Part shown: positions 35,332 to 48,843 of the stretch, one piece after another | Position numbering within the stretch: the stretch's first letter is position 1 | Layout: each line of letters begins with the position of its first letter | Assembly: GCF_006345805.1 (NCBI RefSeq) | Contig: NC_042998.1 | Coordinates: 41,912,001-41,976,000, forward strand | DNA from: Octopus sinensis | Lineage: Eukaryota | Direction of reading: 5' to 3' | DNA length: 64,000 bases | Program-made: the position numbers and the translations under genes | The notes under the pieces: model-generated | Seen by the model: only the letters and a program-made list of their open reading frames with translations | What the model was told of the DNA's origin: nothing | The model's database searches: none

Positions 35332-37986
35332 TTGTTTTTTTTTTGGCAATCATTGTTGTTTAGAATTCTTATAAGATTCTTCAAATTTGTTTTATTAGTT
35401 ATTCATTAACTGCAATGATGTAATAAGATAATATTAATTATTAATCAGCTTTTATCATTAAAAAAATGAGCAAGACTAAAAATTGCAAAACACAAAGCAA
35501 ATGACAATTAAAAACAAAAATCATATTTATGATATGTAATTGAATACATAAAGAGTCAGTTTAGAATTTTATTTACCAACATACAGTATATCATTGAATA
35601 TCATTTAGGACATATAGAAAACAATGTATACAGTGCAGTTATTGAACATAAATAATTTATGTTACATTAGCATTTTATGGGTTGGATATTTTGTACACAT
35701 TTTATTTTCTTAATACATTACAAAACATTATATGCCTCTTGTCATTGACAAATTATTCATTTACACATAGATATAGTAGATCATAATTGTTACTGATGGC
35801 TTCTAATGCTATGCTAATTTAGTTCAGTTAGTAAGCTATTGCTCTATAGAGTAAGGAGTTGTTTTAGTCCCAGTAGTCTAGCAATGTGTTTTATATTCCT
35901 TTACTTTAGATACAGGCTATTGTCAGCTTATGATACATTTCCATTCAACAAGTGTCATCCATTTGCATCTCATGTCCATACCAGCAGCTGCCCTCCTGCA
36001 AACATCAACTTAAGTGTTTAGTGCTTGTTTACTCATTTAACCTACTTGTGATGTATCTTTAATACATGTTTCATCCAACAAACATATTACACTGAACTAA
36101 TTTTCTGACCAGCCTCTATGGATCTTCAACAGTCAATGTCAAGTCTCTCTACCATATAATCATATACTCCTTATACTAGGTAATACCGAAAATTACATAT
36201 GGGTAGGTAATCCCAGAAATTACATACCTAAACAAGTAACTACTCTTATACATCTTGCACATTTGAATCCCAGATTTTCTGTCAATCTTCTAGATGTTCC
36301 AAAATTTTTTTTTGTAATGTTGCCTGCACTGAATACCCAGTGCAGAGCTTTTACTTATTGCTCTCCTGCATATTGAATGAAGTTACATAAAACATGACAC
36401 TAAGACAATACATTGATCATTGCCTGAGCCCTTCCAAATTTGGAACTCTTTCTGTAATTGTTCCACAGTTCTAAAATGACAATTGAGTTATCACTCATGC
36501 ACATTTAATCCTGGAGTCTTGTATTATTTCTCCAGAAACTATAATGGATACTGCTGTTCATCAACACTATAGTGATAATGCACTGGTGAACAGCAAGCTG
36601 TACATTAAATTATTTTCCTAAATTCTTAACAAATTTCCAGTCTTTCAAGCACCCACAAGACTACAGAGCATGTTATCTTGTCAAAATTTGTCTTTAGGGT
36701 GACAAATAGAGAGATTGCTGAACTGAAGTGATATGAAAAAGAAATGAAAATAATCTCGATTGGTAAATAACTTGGACTGAGCAAGAAGTGTAGTTTGTTT
36801 ACATATTTTTATTGTTAAAATTCCCTCACTTAATGCCTGGGCAATTACATGTGGCATTTTCTAGGGTCATGAAATTATCTAATTTGGCAATAAGGGTAGT
36901 TCAGACTAACAGACAAAGCAAATGAGAAGGTAAAATTCTTACAAAAACATTATGTATGAAGAAGTATTGAGTGAGTAAATCTAGAATTTTATTAATCTTG
37001 TGTATATGTATATCATTCATATTACATTCAGTTCATGCAGCTTGTAAAGTATTTTCTGTGATCACATACAATGCTTATTTCATACAAATTTAAATTGGCC
37101 CATGTTTTGTATATTCTGTTTCTATATGTATGTCACACAGTTTGTGCAGTCCCATTTGTAATGTAGAATGTTTGCATCTAATTCAGTGAATAAGCTCATG
37201 TTTTTTTTTATGTACATATCATAATCATATGAAGTATAGTTTGTATTTATTAAATATGTAATAAAGATAATAAACATTTAATCAATATATATGAATAAGT
37301 TTTATCTTTTAATTCATCTTTTATTTCTCTAAACTATAAAGCACACTATGTCTGTCAAATGTATTACAAAGAGGTAAATAAGTAATACCATCAAAATTAA
37401 TTTGAATTATATTTAAAAGCATCGTTTTGATTAAGTGACAGGATATCAAAAGATTTTTGGAATTTCCTTGTTTGTGTTTAATGTACTAACATAATGTTTT
37501 CACATGTGCTGACTAATACCATTGAATTTCCATGGGTCCTGATAGTTTAAGATATTTTCTGAATTTCAGACTGTTATAAATACTAGAAAAGATCCATTTT
37601 AACTAGTTTAACTGTTGAATATGGTGATAAATATCTGTCAGCGGTAACAATTATTTTATAAAAATATTGCAAGTAGTAATGTTTCAGAATGGGTCTTAAT
37701 TGGTCACAATGTGTTATTAATTGGAAATGATTGTATCTTGTGAGTCCAGGACATGACACATTTCTGTGAATAAGGTTATTAGTTTGAGGCAACAAACACA
37801 ACTTCCTTTGAAGAATATTGTAATGGTATGTGATGCTTATATAATTAGATATGTTCTATATGACTTAGCCAGCCTCCCATTGATGTACAATTTCTAGCCA
37901 AGAAGACAAAAATGAGGAGATTAGTGCCATGTACAACACTAGTGATGAATTATAAACTGAAAAAGTTCCAGGATTAGTTACGTTTT

Positions 37987-38745
37987 TGTTGTGATGAGAA
38001 TTACAATGCCCCCTTGCGAGAGATAGACTGGTCTGAGTAAAATATAAATAATAACAATACAAGTGAGTTCAAAGTTTGGAGTCGAGTGAAGTTCGTGTTT
38101 GCAGTGAAGTCGGAAGGTGTTGGCTGATTAGTTCACAAGGAGTATTGTTTCTTGGTTCATAAAGTGATTTGTTAGTTCATTACATTGTTTTTACTGTTGT
38201 CTGGTTATCTTATTTATTGTATGTAACAATTATGTTACAACATCTGGCGATGAAGGTTTCGAAGTTCATGTAGGTTATTTAACAGTTTGTTTGTGATGCA
38301 ACTTGTTGAATAACGGAAGATCTATTAGCTTCCATAGTACAGTTGCAAAAGCAACAAGTGTAGCAACAGGAGTTTCAGAAGCAACTATTACAACAACAAC
38401 TACTACAACAATTATTGAAGCTATATTTAAAGGAGTTCAAAAATGAAGTAAGTTTGTTTCTGCCTGACGGTGTTTCAAACTCAATTGATGAATTCAGTTT
38501 TAACCCACAGGTGGGTATAACTTTTGCATCGTATTATAGAAGGTTTGAGGAGATTTTTAGGCAAGATCGCAAATCATGGTCAGATGAACAGAAAGTGAGA
38601 TTGTTATTGCGAAAATTAGCTCTGTTAGAGCATGAATGTTACTCTAATTTCATATTGCCCAAAAGACCCAGTGAAATTTGTTTTTAGGAAACAATAGAAT
38701 TACTGTCTAACATATTCGGTGATAAAACTTCTCTCTTTAGCGCAC
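37987..38745 (+). mobile_element. Gypsy LTR retrotransposon 5' end: LTR (37987-38242), PBS and truncated gag
   Basis: TGTTGT...ACAACA LTR ends; TGGCGATGAAGG PBS-like motif; gag FSFNPQVGITFASYYRRFEEIF...WSDEQKVRLLLRKL...YSNFILPKRP; start codon mutated to ACG, internal stops. Confidence 0.85.
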
Positions 38746-38989
38746 AAAAAAAGCAAATAAATTTAAATGATTTTTATATATGGAATATTTTTTTGAAGGC
38801 CCACATCAGTTTCACTGAGTTCTTAGGAAGGCCAGAATAAGGCATAACAATAAACTTTTCCCCCTAAGTCAAAATTGTTGAATTCAGTTATCACACCACC
38901 ACACCAACAAAAAGCTACATCTTTATATTATAGAGATTGAAACAAAAAAATGCTTGTTGTGAGGGACAAATACAAACACAAAGACACCC

Positions 38990-39070
<81 letters not shown>

Positions 39071-39074
<4 letters not shown>

Positions 39075-40268
39075 TAAGCAGCAAGAGGTACTCAGCACAC
39101 ACCCCCTCGGGTAGGTGGCCCTGCTCAACCTGTAGGAAAGGTACAGGTAGAAACTCCATAAGATGCACCCAATGTAAGTTATGGACACATAAGAGGTGCA
39201 GCAACATTAAAGGGAAATTAACAGATAAGATAGCTTTCATGTGCGGCAGATGCACAGGGACAATAGACACAACAGACACTCAGAAAACAGATTCCATCAC
39301 ACTCCAGGGAGAGAATCTAGAAGTAGTTGATAGTTTCCGCTACCTGGGTGACCAAGTTAGTAGCGGAGGTGGATGCACAGAGAGTATCACCACTAGAATA
39401 CGAATAGCCTGGGCAAAGTTCAGAAAGCTCCTACCCCTACTGGCAACAAAAGGTCTCTCCCTCAGAGCGAAGGTAGATTGTATGATGCATGTGTGCGAAC
39501 TGCCATGCTCCACGGTAATGAAACATGGGCTGTGACTGCAGAAGACATGCGTAGACTTGAAAGAAATGAAGCTAGCATGATCCGCTGGATGTGTAGTGTC
39601 AGTGTGCACGCAAGACAGAGTGTAAGCATCCTGAGAGAAATGCTGGATATAAGAAGCATCAGATGTGGTGTGCAAGAGCGATGCTTGCGATGGTATGGTC
39701 ATGTGCTGCGGATGGATGAAGAGAGATGTGTGAAGAAGTGCCACTCCCAAACAGTTGAAGGTATCAGGGGGAGAGGTAGACCCAGGAAGACATGGGATGA
39801 GGTAGTCAAGCATGACCTCAGAGCATTGGGCCTCACTGAGGCAATGGCGAAGGGCCGAGATCTCTGGAGATATGCTGTGACTACAAAGACCCGGGATGCT
39901 TTCTGCAGCAATTCCACTTACCCCCTACCCATTCTAAGTACCCCGGATCCCCAAAGTACCCTGGATCCCCAAAGTACCCCGATCCCCAAAGTACCCCGGA
40001 CCTCGTTGCCCCCGTGCCGCTGACACGTTAAAAGCTCGAACCGATCGTGACCGATGCCGGACCCTCCGGCCCCTGTGCAGGTGGCACGTAAAAAGCACCC
40101 AATCCACTCACGGAGTGGTTGGCGTTAGGAAGGGCATCCAGCCGTAGAAACTCTGCCAGATTCAGACTGGAGCCTGGAGCGGCCCCTGGCTTCCCAGACC
40201 CGGTCGAACCGTCCAACCCGTGCTAGCGCGGAAAGCGGACGTTAAACGATGATGATGATGATGATGAT
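39071..40268 (+). mobile_element. Young 5'-truncated RTE LINE in a (TA)n tract
   Basis: ORFs 39239 and 39478 (LEVVDSFRYLGD...RIRIAWAKFR...LHGNETW...RWYGHVLRM...GRGRPRKTW) joined by one frameshift; CpG-rich 3' UTR; (GAT)n tail. Confidence 0.95.
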
Positions 40269-40284
40269 ATATATATATATATAT

Positions 40285-40432
40285 AATGGGGTTCTTTCAG
40301 TTTCCATCTACCAAGTTTACTCACAAGGCTTTGGTTAGCCTAGGACTATAGATACTTGCCCAAGGTGTTGTTCAGTGGGACTGAATCCCAAACCACATGA
40401 TTGGGAAGCAAGCTTCTTACCCATGCAGCCAC
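40285..40432 (-). mobile_element. tRNA-derived SINE family A, 5' half
   Basis: Reverse complement of GTGGCTGCATGGGTAAGAAGCTTGCTTCCCAATCATGTGG...GAAACTGAAAGAACCC. Confidence 0.82.
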
Positions 40433-40971
40433 AAGTGTGTGTGTGTGTATTTATGTTTGTATATGTATAAGATAAGTATGCTATTGTTAATACTGCTGTT
40501 ATTGTTGTTGTATGATGTTATTTATCATTAATATTTTACTGGAGTTGATACTGAAATTACATTTTGGAAATTTCCTGTTTTACTGAGGCATTGTTACTTT
40601 TATTGGTACCAGCTCAGGAAAACAGGTAAATGAATAGAAACATCTGAAGACAAATATTGATAGAGTGATAACTTGAACCTACCTTGCAAATATTGTTAAT
40701 GCTTTCAGAGCTGCTGTGTTTTTTTTATTCCATTGCTGACTATTTTATGATTATTTTTGTAATTGTTTAACTTATTTTTATTTTATTCACTATTGTTTTC
40801 TTCAAAATTTCAATGTGTAAGAAACAACAAAATTTGGAAAGAAATAAAAAAACAAATTCAAATTTCATCAAGCCTTGATGAGAAAAATTTCCCTCTGAAA
40901 CAACAAATCCTAAAATGATTTTTAATTACTCTTAGTAATTACTGCCAATGAGATTATATAAATTGAGGAAT

Positions 40972-41046
40972 TGCAATGGCTGAGTGAATAAGGTGTCAGT
41001 TTCTCGGCTGATGAGTTGCAAGCTCTTATTTCTCTCAGCCATTGCA
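40972..41046. repeat. 75-nt inverted repeat or structured hairpin
   Basis: Perfect 13-bp TGCAATGGCTGAG/CTCAGCCATTGCA, extended by GAATAAG/CTTATTT, enclosing two small hairpins. Confidence 0.65.
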
Positions 41047-41203
41047 CTCTAAGGAATTTTACAAGATAGAGAGTGAAGAAGAAAAAAACAGCAAAAATAA
41101 AGAAAAAAGAGAAAACAAAACAAAGAGAAAAGCACTCAGTAGTTGTAAAATATCAGATTAGTTAGAAACTGATAAGTAACTTGGTGGTTAGCAGTATCAA
41201 AGT

Positions 41204-41598
41204 TTAACTCTTTAGCATTTAACCTGGCCATATCTGACCAAAATATTCTACTTGCTTTATGTTCTAATTAGCCAGATCCAGCCTCTCAGACTTACCCTAC
41301 AATGTTAGTCTTATCATATGATAAATTCAAAAGAATGTTAATAAATAAATGTTACATTTGATAGAATAATCTGAAAGCTAAAGGGCTAAACCAGCCATAT
41401 CTAGCCAAAATATCCTACCTGTTTTATCTTCAAATCAGCCAAATCTGGCTTCTCATACCTACCTTACAGTGCTATTTTAAAAATAAACAATCACACCATT
41501 GAAATCTTAATGCTATGAGATAATACATGAACAATTCAAAACAATGTGAATAAATAAACATTACATTTGGCAAAGGAATCTGAATGCTAAAGGGTTAA
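41204..41598 (+). mobile_element. Two fused copies of the piggyBac-like MITE
   Basis: TTAA-CTCTTTAGCAT...GCTAAAGGG-CTAA-ACCAGCC...ATGCTAAAGGG-TTAA. Confidence 0.85.
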
Positions 41599-43420
41599 TG
41601 TTTTCACATAAGAAGACTACAATGGAATTGTCTAGAAAAAATATAATCTATTATTTTTTGACATTCAAAGGAAACTAATGGAGTTGGTTATTGATAATGT
41701 TATTGAGTAGTAGTGGTAAGCTTGTAAGCTTATGTTAGGGTGAAATTCAGCATGGACATATATGAATGTCTAATTATAAATTTATAGATATGTCACAAAC
41801 ACAAAATAATGGTTTTTTTTTAGCACTTTTTAAGCAGAAAGGTATTGTTTTACCTGGAGAAATAAAAGCCCTAACCATTTGTCAGTTATCCAAAAATTAT
41901 GTTTACATCCTGTCTTTGATAGTATTATTCTTGTTGGTTATAAAGTTGGTTTTAGTGATTCTGGTGATATTAATAATGAAAGAATGATAATTATATATGC
42001 TGATAGTCATACACTTTTAATTAATATTCTCACTTGATATGTGCATCAGCTTAACATTAAATCTAATGCCTACCAGATTGATGAAACTTATAGTCAATGG
42101 AGAGAACTCCTATGCAGTTGCTTGAGCTAGAAATAGTAGCCAAACATCCCTTAATGCTCCTTACCATCATGAAAAAGAGAAGGACATGTTGGATTATGTA
42201 GTCTTAGAAACCCTTAAATAATATGGACTGGTCATAGCTAGTATCCCTTTGTTTTTAGGTCTACTCTGTCAAAATTGACTTGGAGCCGAAAAATAACTCA
42301 TAAAAAGCTAGCTAGAAGAATTGACAATTCTGCCATATCTTCTAGTTTCAATTGTGTAAGGTTTTATTTCATTTACTGGTGCTGCACAGAAAATAATTCA
42401 TATTGTGACTCAGGTTTATAGTAGGTACCAATCTCCTCAATTCTGTAAAGTGCTTCCTTATTCTTCATTCTGTTTCTAAATGTGGCTTCGTTGTTGAGAA
42501 AACTTTGATAATCACAATTTCTTAATGATATCCAAATGCTTTCTTCCTGTCATATTTGCAACAATTCTTGAACAATGGTTTTTATTAATTATTTTTTTCT
42601 CAATAATTAATATTAAAATTTAATTTTATAATTTTCCAATCTACTTCATAATCTAATAAACTTTTAATCTTTATCATACGTTATCAATTACTATTGATTT
42701 TTCTAAATGTAAACCCAGTTGAAATGAAGAAAAGCGTTTAAGTGATAAAAATATTAAGATTTAATGCATGCTGGTGAATGTATTCAATATGCAACATACA
42801 TTTTCTGTAGAATTTGAAGATCTTCATTAGGAATATGTGAGAAACAAACTAGTTTTATGAGTGCCTGTATTAAGATATAATAAAAACTTATTACAAAAAA
42901 GATACATTTTTGTTAAGACTTTATAATAATGATTAGAAAAATTTATAGTGTTTTATAGCTATAAACTAAATCTGAATTTTTATTCAATATTTAAAAACAT
43001 ACTAAAACATTTGTGTGAATGCTGTTTTCAATTTAGCTTATGAGAAAGGACAAAATATATGAATGAATGGGAAAAAATAATCGGAGACACCTGCTACATG
43101 AAAACTTCATAGGAAAATGAGCACCAGCATTACTTGATGATAGTTTGTTTTCATTTTGTTCCTTTTTACTTCCACTTTTTTATGTTAACATGAGTTAGAT
43201 GAATATATTATTGAGGCCATATTTTACAGCCAGATACCATTCTTGTCACTAACTCTTATCTGTTTTTAAGTAAGTGATCTCTTATTTCACACATCTTTAA
43301 ATGTGGGAAGTCAGTGGATGATTTGATGACAAGAAATGCAAGCAATGTCACTACTTGTAGCTCAGTAATTTTTGGAGAAGCACAGATTCATACAAACAAA
43401 TGAAACACATGCACGCACGT

Positions 43421-43475
<55 letters not shown>

Positions 43476-43522
43476 ACACACACACACACACACACAAACA
43501 CACACTAATGACAAAAAGGCAT

Positions 43523-44485
43523 TGTGAAGAATGTTAAAGTTTTGAAATATGCAGATGACATCAAGCCATGCCTTGAGATAAAAAAAGACCCTCTATGTTA
43601 TAGACCTTTACTGCAATTAGACCTGGACATAAGGCAACAATGGATTATTGACTGGCAACTCAAGCTGGCTGTGGAAAAGTGCACCACCATGCATTTTGGG
43701 AGGAAAACCCAACTTTTACATACTCTCTCTACAACACCAAACTTGAGAAGTCTGCTGGTGAACATGAATTGGGCATTATTGTCAATAGTGATTTGCACTG
43801 GACAAACTACATCTCTAAAATTGTCAAGAAGGCTAAGAGTGTCTTAGCCTCACTCCATAAGACCTTTGCCAGTTGCTCTCTATATATCTATTTAAAGCTG
43901 TATATGATTATGATATATCCACACTTAGAGTTTGCATCACCAGTCTAGATTGATTGCTTAGTGTGTCAATCTCCTGGAAACTGTTCAGAAACATGCAACC
44001 AGACAAAGACCTGCCATCAGGCATCTACCATACTCTGAACACCTTGCTTCACTGGGTATGGATACATTGAAGCTCCAATGTCTGGCAACTGACTTGGTAG
44101 ACATCCACAAGATTATCCACCATCTTTCCAACAAGAACCTTGGGCACTTTTTTGAATTCCATATATCTGACATTCATGGACATGTTTACAAAATCAAAGC
44201 ACAACAGAACACCCATGACTTTCAGAAACATTTTTTCACTCCCTGAATTGCTGAAGTATAGAATAAAATACCTGCATCAGCTGTTAGCTGTCAGGAAACT
44301 ACATCCTTCAAAACTTTCATGATTCCCAAAATTTGCCAGCAGTACATCTGATAGCCCCTTCTTTTTTTAAACAACTCCTTCACTATTCACTTCTTGTGCA
44401 TTATTCTATGTACTGTTCATCCACTTTTGGTTACTTTATCTGATGAGTTGTAGTGCACCTAAGCACTGTAAACAATTAGTTCATT
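43523..44485 (+). mobile_element. CR1/L2-superfamily LINE 3' fragment
   Basis: KVLKYADDIK...LQLDLD...WQLKLAVEKC..MHFG; ELGIIVNSDLHW; YPHLEFASPV; ends in an ATT-rich tail. Confidence 0.9.
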
Positions 44486-46415
44486 ATTATATATTATTAT
44501 GTATCATAAGCAAGACCCAACATCTAATAAAGACTAATTCTAATAAAGGCCTGGAAAGCAAATTATGACATTCCTTAAGCAAACTGTATAACCACCCCTT
44601 ACAAACACAGTTATTGCAAATACACATGACAAAAATAGAATATTGTGTTCTACCATAATAGTTTCACTTGGTTTCTTGTATACCAATTATAGTTTTATAA
44701 CATTTCACAGGAACATGTATAAATGACATAAACACTGAAGCAAACATTTTATAATCTACCATTCAATTCAGTTAAAAAAAAATTTCCACAAATTTCGATT
44801 CCCCATATTCTATATATATTTACAATGACTCAACCTCATAAATGCATTGTTACATAACATCTTAATTTTTAGTATAGCATGTAATAAGGTGTACACCTGA
44901 TGTTGATAGTATGGAAATAGTTTTGGATATATGACAAAATCAATAGTATTTAGTTACATTTCCTTATATTCCAAGTTCAAATCCTGTTGGTATCAACTTT
45001 GCCCTTTTTTCTTTGGGGCTTGATAAAATAGTGCATGTCAAGTACAATATCTGACTAAATTGACTATATTCTTCTATCAGAATGTCTGGCTTTGTAATTA
45101 AGTTAGAAACTATTATAATTATTATTATTTGGATCATGAAGTGGTAGAGTTGATGAAGAACCAAACTAAATGTTTTACACTATTTAGTTATGTCCCTTCA
45201 TGTTATATGACAGAATTGGTAGAGTGCCAGAAAATATGTCTTTCAGCAGTATTTAATTACAAGTAGTATTTCATTATTTACTGAGTTCAAATCCTTTCAC
45301 AGTCGACCAATTTTTATCAAGTACACCTGTCCTTACTTTCAGGCTCAATAAATTACATACAAGTAATATACTTGGGATTGAATGAAGAAAATATATTCTT
45401 TTACAAATTTCTGGCCTTGTAAGAAAATGTGAGTGTAGTGAAATGGTAGAAATAGTAGAATACTAGAATGAAATGCCTATACATTTTCAGTTTAGATTTT
45501 GGTGCACCTGGCTTTGCCTTTAATGCTTCTACAATTATTAAAAAGAATACTAGAAGTATATTTGGTTTGATATAATTGAATTTATACACCTTTGCTACAA
45601 ATTTGTGGCTTTGAATCAAAATTAGATATCATTGTTGTTATTTTTTTATATCATCTAAATTGTTGTTTTAATTTCTTGCCCACATTAATTTTTTTTGGAT
45701 AACATGGAGTATTTGTTCTCTTGGTGTAACAATACCATAAGAACAAATATACTATTATGCTATGAGTGACTGTGCCAGCAGTAGTGAGAGCAGTTTTATA
45801 ACAGTTCATTGTTTTACTTTATAATTTTGTTTGGATTTTATAATGTTTTTCCTTTATATACTATAAATATGTTACATAAGAAAAATTATTTAAATATTTA
45901 CAATTATATATTTCCACACCAAACTAAATTTATATGAAAGCAGCATTTCTAATTCTGTAGGCCATTTTGGTATATAAAGTTACACAACAAGCAACTGTGA
46001 AATCTTACACAGGCAAGATAGGTTACTGATTAAGTTTGGTGAGGAACTAACTGCTATTTAGTCATCAGTAGGAGTAACACTGATGAAGATCTTATTTCTC
46101 TCTTTTGACTGGCATTCCATCTTATTCCCTTCTTCCACTCCCCTATAGTAAAAGCCTTCTGTGTGTATGTTATCTACTTAGACTCTCACCTATCATAGCA
46201 GTAGAGTGAAGTGAGGTTGAAGGATACACACATCTACATAGTTTCAGCTGGTAAACCAACAAGATATTAAAAAGTGTGAGAAATATTAATTGAATATTAC
46301 TTTCTCGAACAAACAAGATTTCGTTCTATAACTTCTTGAAGACATTAAAGTACTTTGTACACAAAGACAAATTTGATATCATTTTACCAATACATTGATA
46401 GTGTTCCAGACTTAC

Positions 46416-46761
46416 CTGTTTCACACTTTATGGTACTGTGGCTATGTCAGGAATGATGATGAAGAAACCTAGTTTTTGTGTCTCTTCATAGATCAGTTCG
46501 CAAACAGTTTTTGTTGGATATATTACGTTTGGCAAATTTTAAGAAAATAATTTTAGACCTCTTGGATTATCAGCTTTTTGAATAAAAGAAAATCAGTTAA
46601 AATGGTTGAATTCAATAGAAGACAAGCAAGTCGTGTAAGTATATATAAATCATTGCTAGTGGTTATAACCTTCATAATATGAAACTTACCTTGACTTTGA
46701 ATCCAATTAATTGTTTTATTGCAATGACCAAAAACTTATTTTATTTGCATATTCAAATTTA
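46416..46761. other. Cluster of candidate short exons on both strands
   Basis: Minus 46761-46690 (tgtgcag| ... AAG|gtaagt, closed in all frames); minus 46441-46416 (catag| ... CAG|gtaagt); plus 46557-46634 (ttttag| TSWIISFLNKRKSVKMVEFNRRQASR |gtaagt). Confidence 0.3.
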
Positions 46762-47189
46762 CTGCACATAAAACTAACATATCTAAATACGATATTTATA
46801 GTTTGTTCTTAAAATAATATTTTTTCAAACTGTGCATATCTTCATATTTTGTTTATTTTGTCACTATGATATAGTAAGCTAAAAGTTTTGTGATTTTAAA
46901 AATTTAATTATAATGAAAATAACTTATATTACTTTTAGAATATATACAGAAATAACAAAATTAATTGAAATTTAAAACTAACCTTTTTGAGAAAAACTAT
47001 TGTTCTTAATATATTTATGTAGCTTTTTGGTGTTGTGGTAGTGGGATAATTAAATTCAAGTTGTGATTTGGGAGAAAGTTATCTGTTATGGTTTATTAAG
47101 GCCCTCTTAAGAACCCAGTAAAATTGGTGTGATCCTTCAAAATGTGAGTTTTTATTGATAACTGTTTTATCCAAAGTAGACGACAAGTG

Positions 47190-48112
47190 TATTTAGTTTT
47201 TTAGTAGCTCTCTGGGCAAATGTCTTCTACTGTAGATCCAGGCCAAACAAGGCTTTGTGAGTGCATTTGGTAAATGGAAACTAAAAGAAGCCCATCATGT
47301 ATATATATCTAATATATGCATGTATTTATTTATCTGTGTGTGTGTGATACATTGTGTTTGTCTTTCATCACTGCTTGATAACTAGTATTGGCTTGTTTAC
47401 ATCCATGTAATTTAGTTGATTAGCATAAGGCAATGATAGAATAAGTACTGGATTTAACAAAAATCAGTATTGGGGTTGATTTGTTTGGCTAAAAAAACTT
47501 CAAGACAGTACCCCAGCATGGTCACAGTCAAGGAACTGAAATAACTAAAATATAAAAGATAATTAAATTAGTACATACCAGTGGCAAAATTGGTAGTGTA
47601 TTTTACAGTTTTTAGTTGTATACCTATATGTACTGAGTTCAGATTCTACCAAGATTGACATTGCTTTCATCACTTTGTTGTTCATTAAATAAGTACTAAC
47701 TGAGTGGTAGAGTAAATCTAATCTGCTCCACTCCTCTCACACTCAAAATTTCTGCTATGCGCCTGTTAGAAATCAGTATTAAATTACTACGCATATTATT
47801 TAATAAGTTGTTATGTATATAAAGTAATTTAAATAACATTATTTTTTATTGGGTTTATAATTCTCATTGACATTATCATGGTTATTATTGATTACTGAGA
47901 ACATTGTTCTATTAACAATAGTCATCTAATCTTGTTGATTTATGTTATGCTTTTATAAAAAAAACACATAAGCATATATAGGTGCATGGCACCTTGAACG
48001 AGTATCTTCCACCTTTGCCTGAGGCTTACCAAAGCCTTGTGAGTGGATTTGGTAGACAGAAACTGAAAGCCCACCAAATATTTGTGTTTGTATGTGTGTG
48101 TGTGTGTGTGTG

Positions 48113-48174
<62 letters not shown>

Positions 48175-48530
48175 TATATATGTGTATGTATGTTTATATA
48201 TATATATATATGTATATATTTTATGTGTGTGTGTGTATATATATACACACATACATAAATATATATATATATACATATATATATGTATATGTATGCATAT
48301 GTATACATCTATGCTTGTCTGTCTTTGTGTTTGTATTTGCCCTTCCTTCCACTACTGCTTGACACCTGGTGTTGGTTTGTTTATGTTCCTGCAACTTATC
48401 AGTTCAGCAAAAAGTAACTGATAGAATAAGTACCAGGCTTAAAAATAAGTACAGGTATTGATTTGTTTGACTATACCCTTTCAAGGTGGTGCCCCAGCAT
48501 GGTCATAGTCCAAGACTGTAATAAGTAAAA
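47190..48530. mobile_element. Family A SINE pieces with internal TA/TG microsatellites
   Basis: Plus copy about 47190-47540 (5' half, microsatellite, 3' half ending GATAGAATAAGTAC...CCCCAGCATGG); minus 5' half about 47985-48085; 3' half about 48320-48530. Confidence 0.7.
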
Positions 48531-48799
48531 ATAATGGATACCAAAAACATGGCAGTGAAAGGAAATCCATATTGTGCAATCATTATGGTATGATGTCTTG
48601 TTTGTTGAACATAGGTTTTTACAAGCTGTGCTAATCTATCTAGTGGATTCGGAAATAGTTCAACATTGAAATGGTTTAATTCATAATTATTGGTTTAGTT
48701 ACTCAAAAAACTTACTGGATTTCACCAAAATTGTTTGATTTAAAATATATCAAGAATACACACACTTCTGTGTGTGTATATATATTCTGTGCAATATAT

Positions 48800-48800
<1 letters not shown>

Positions 48801-48843
<43 letters not shown>

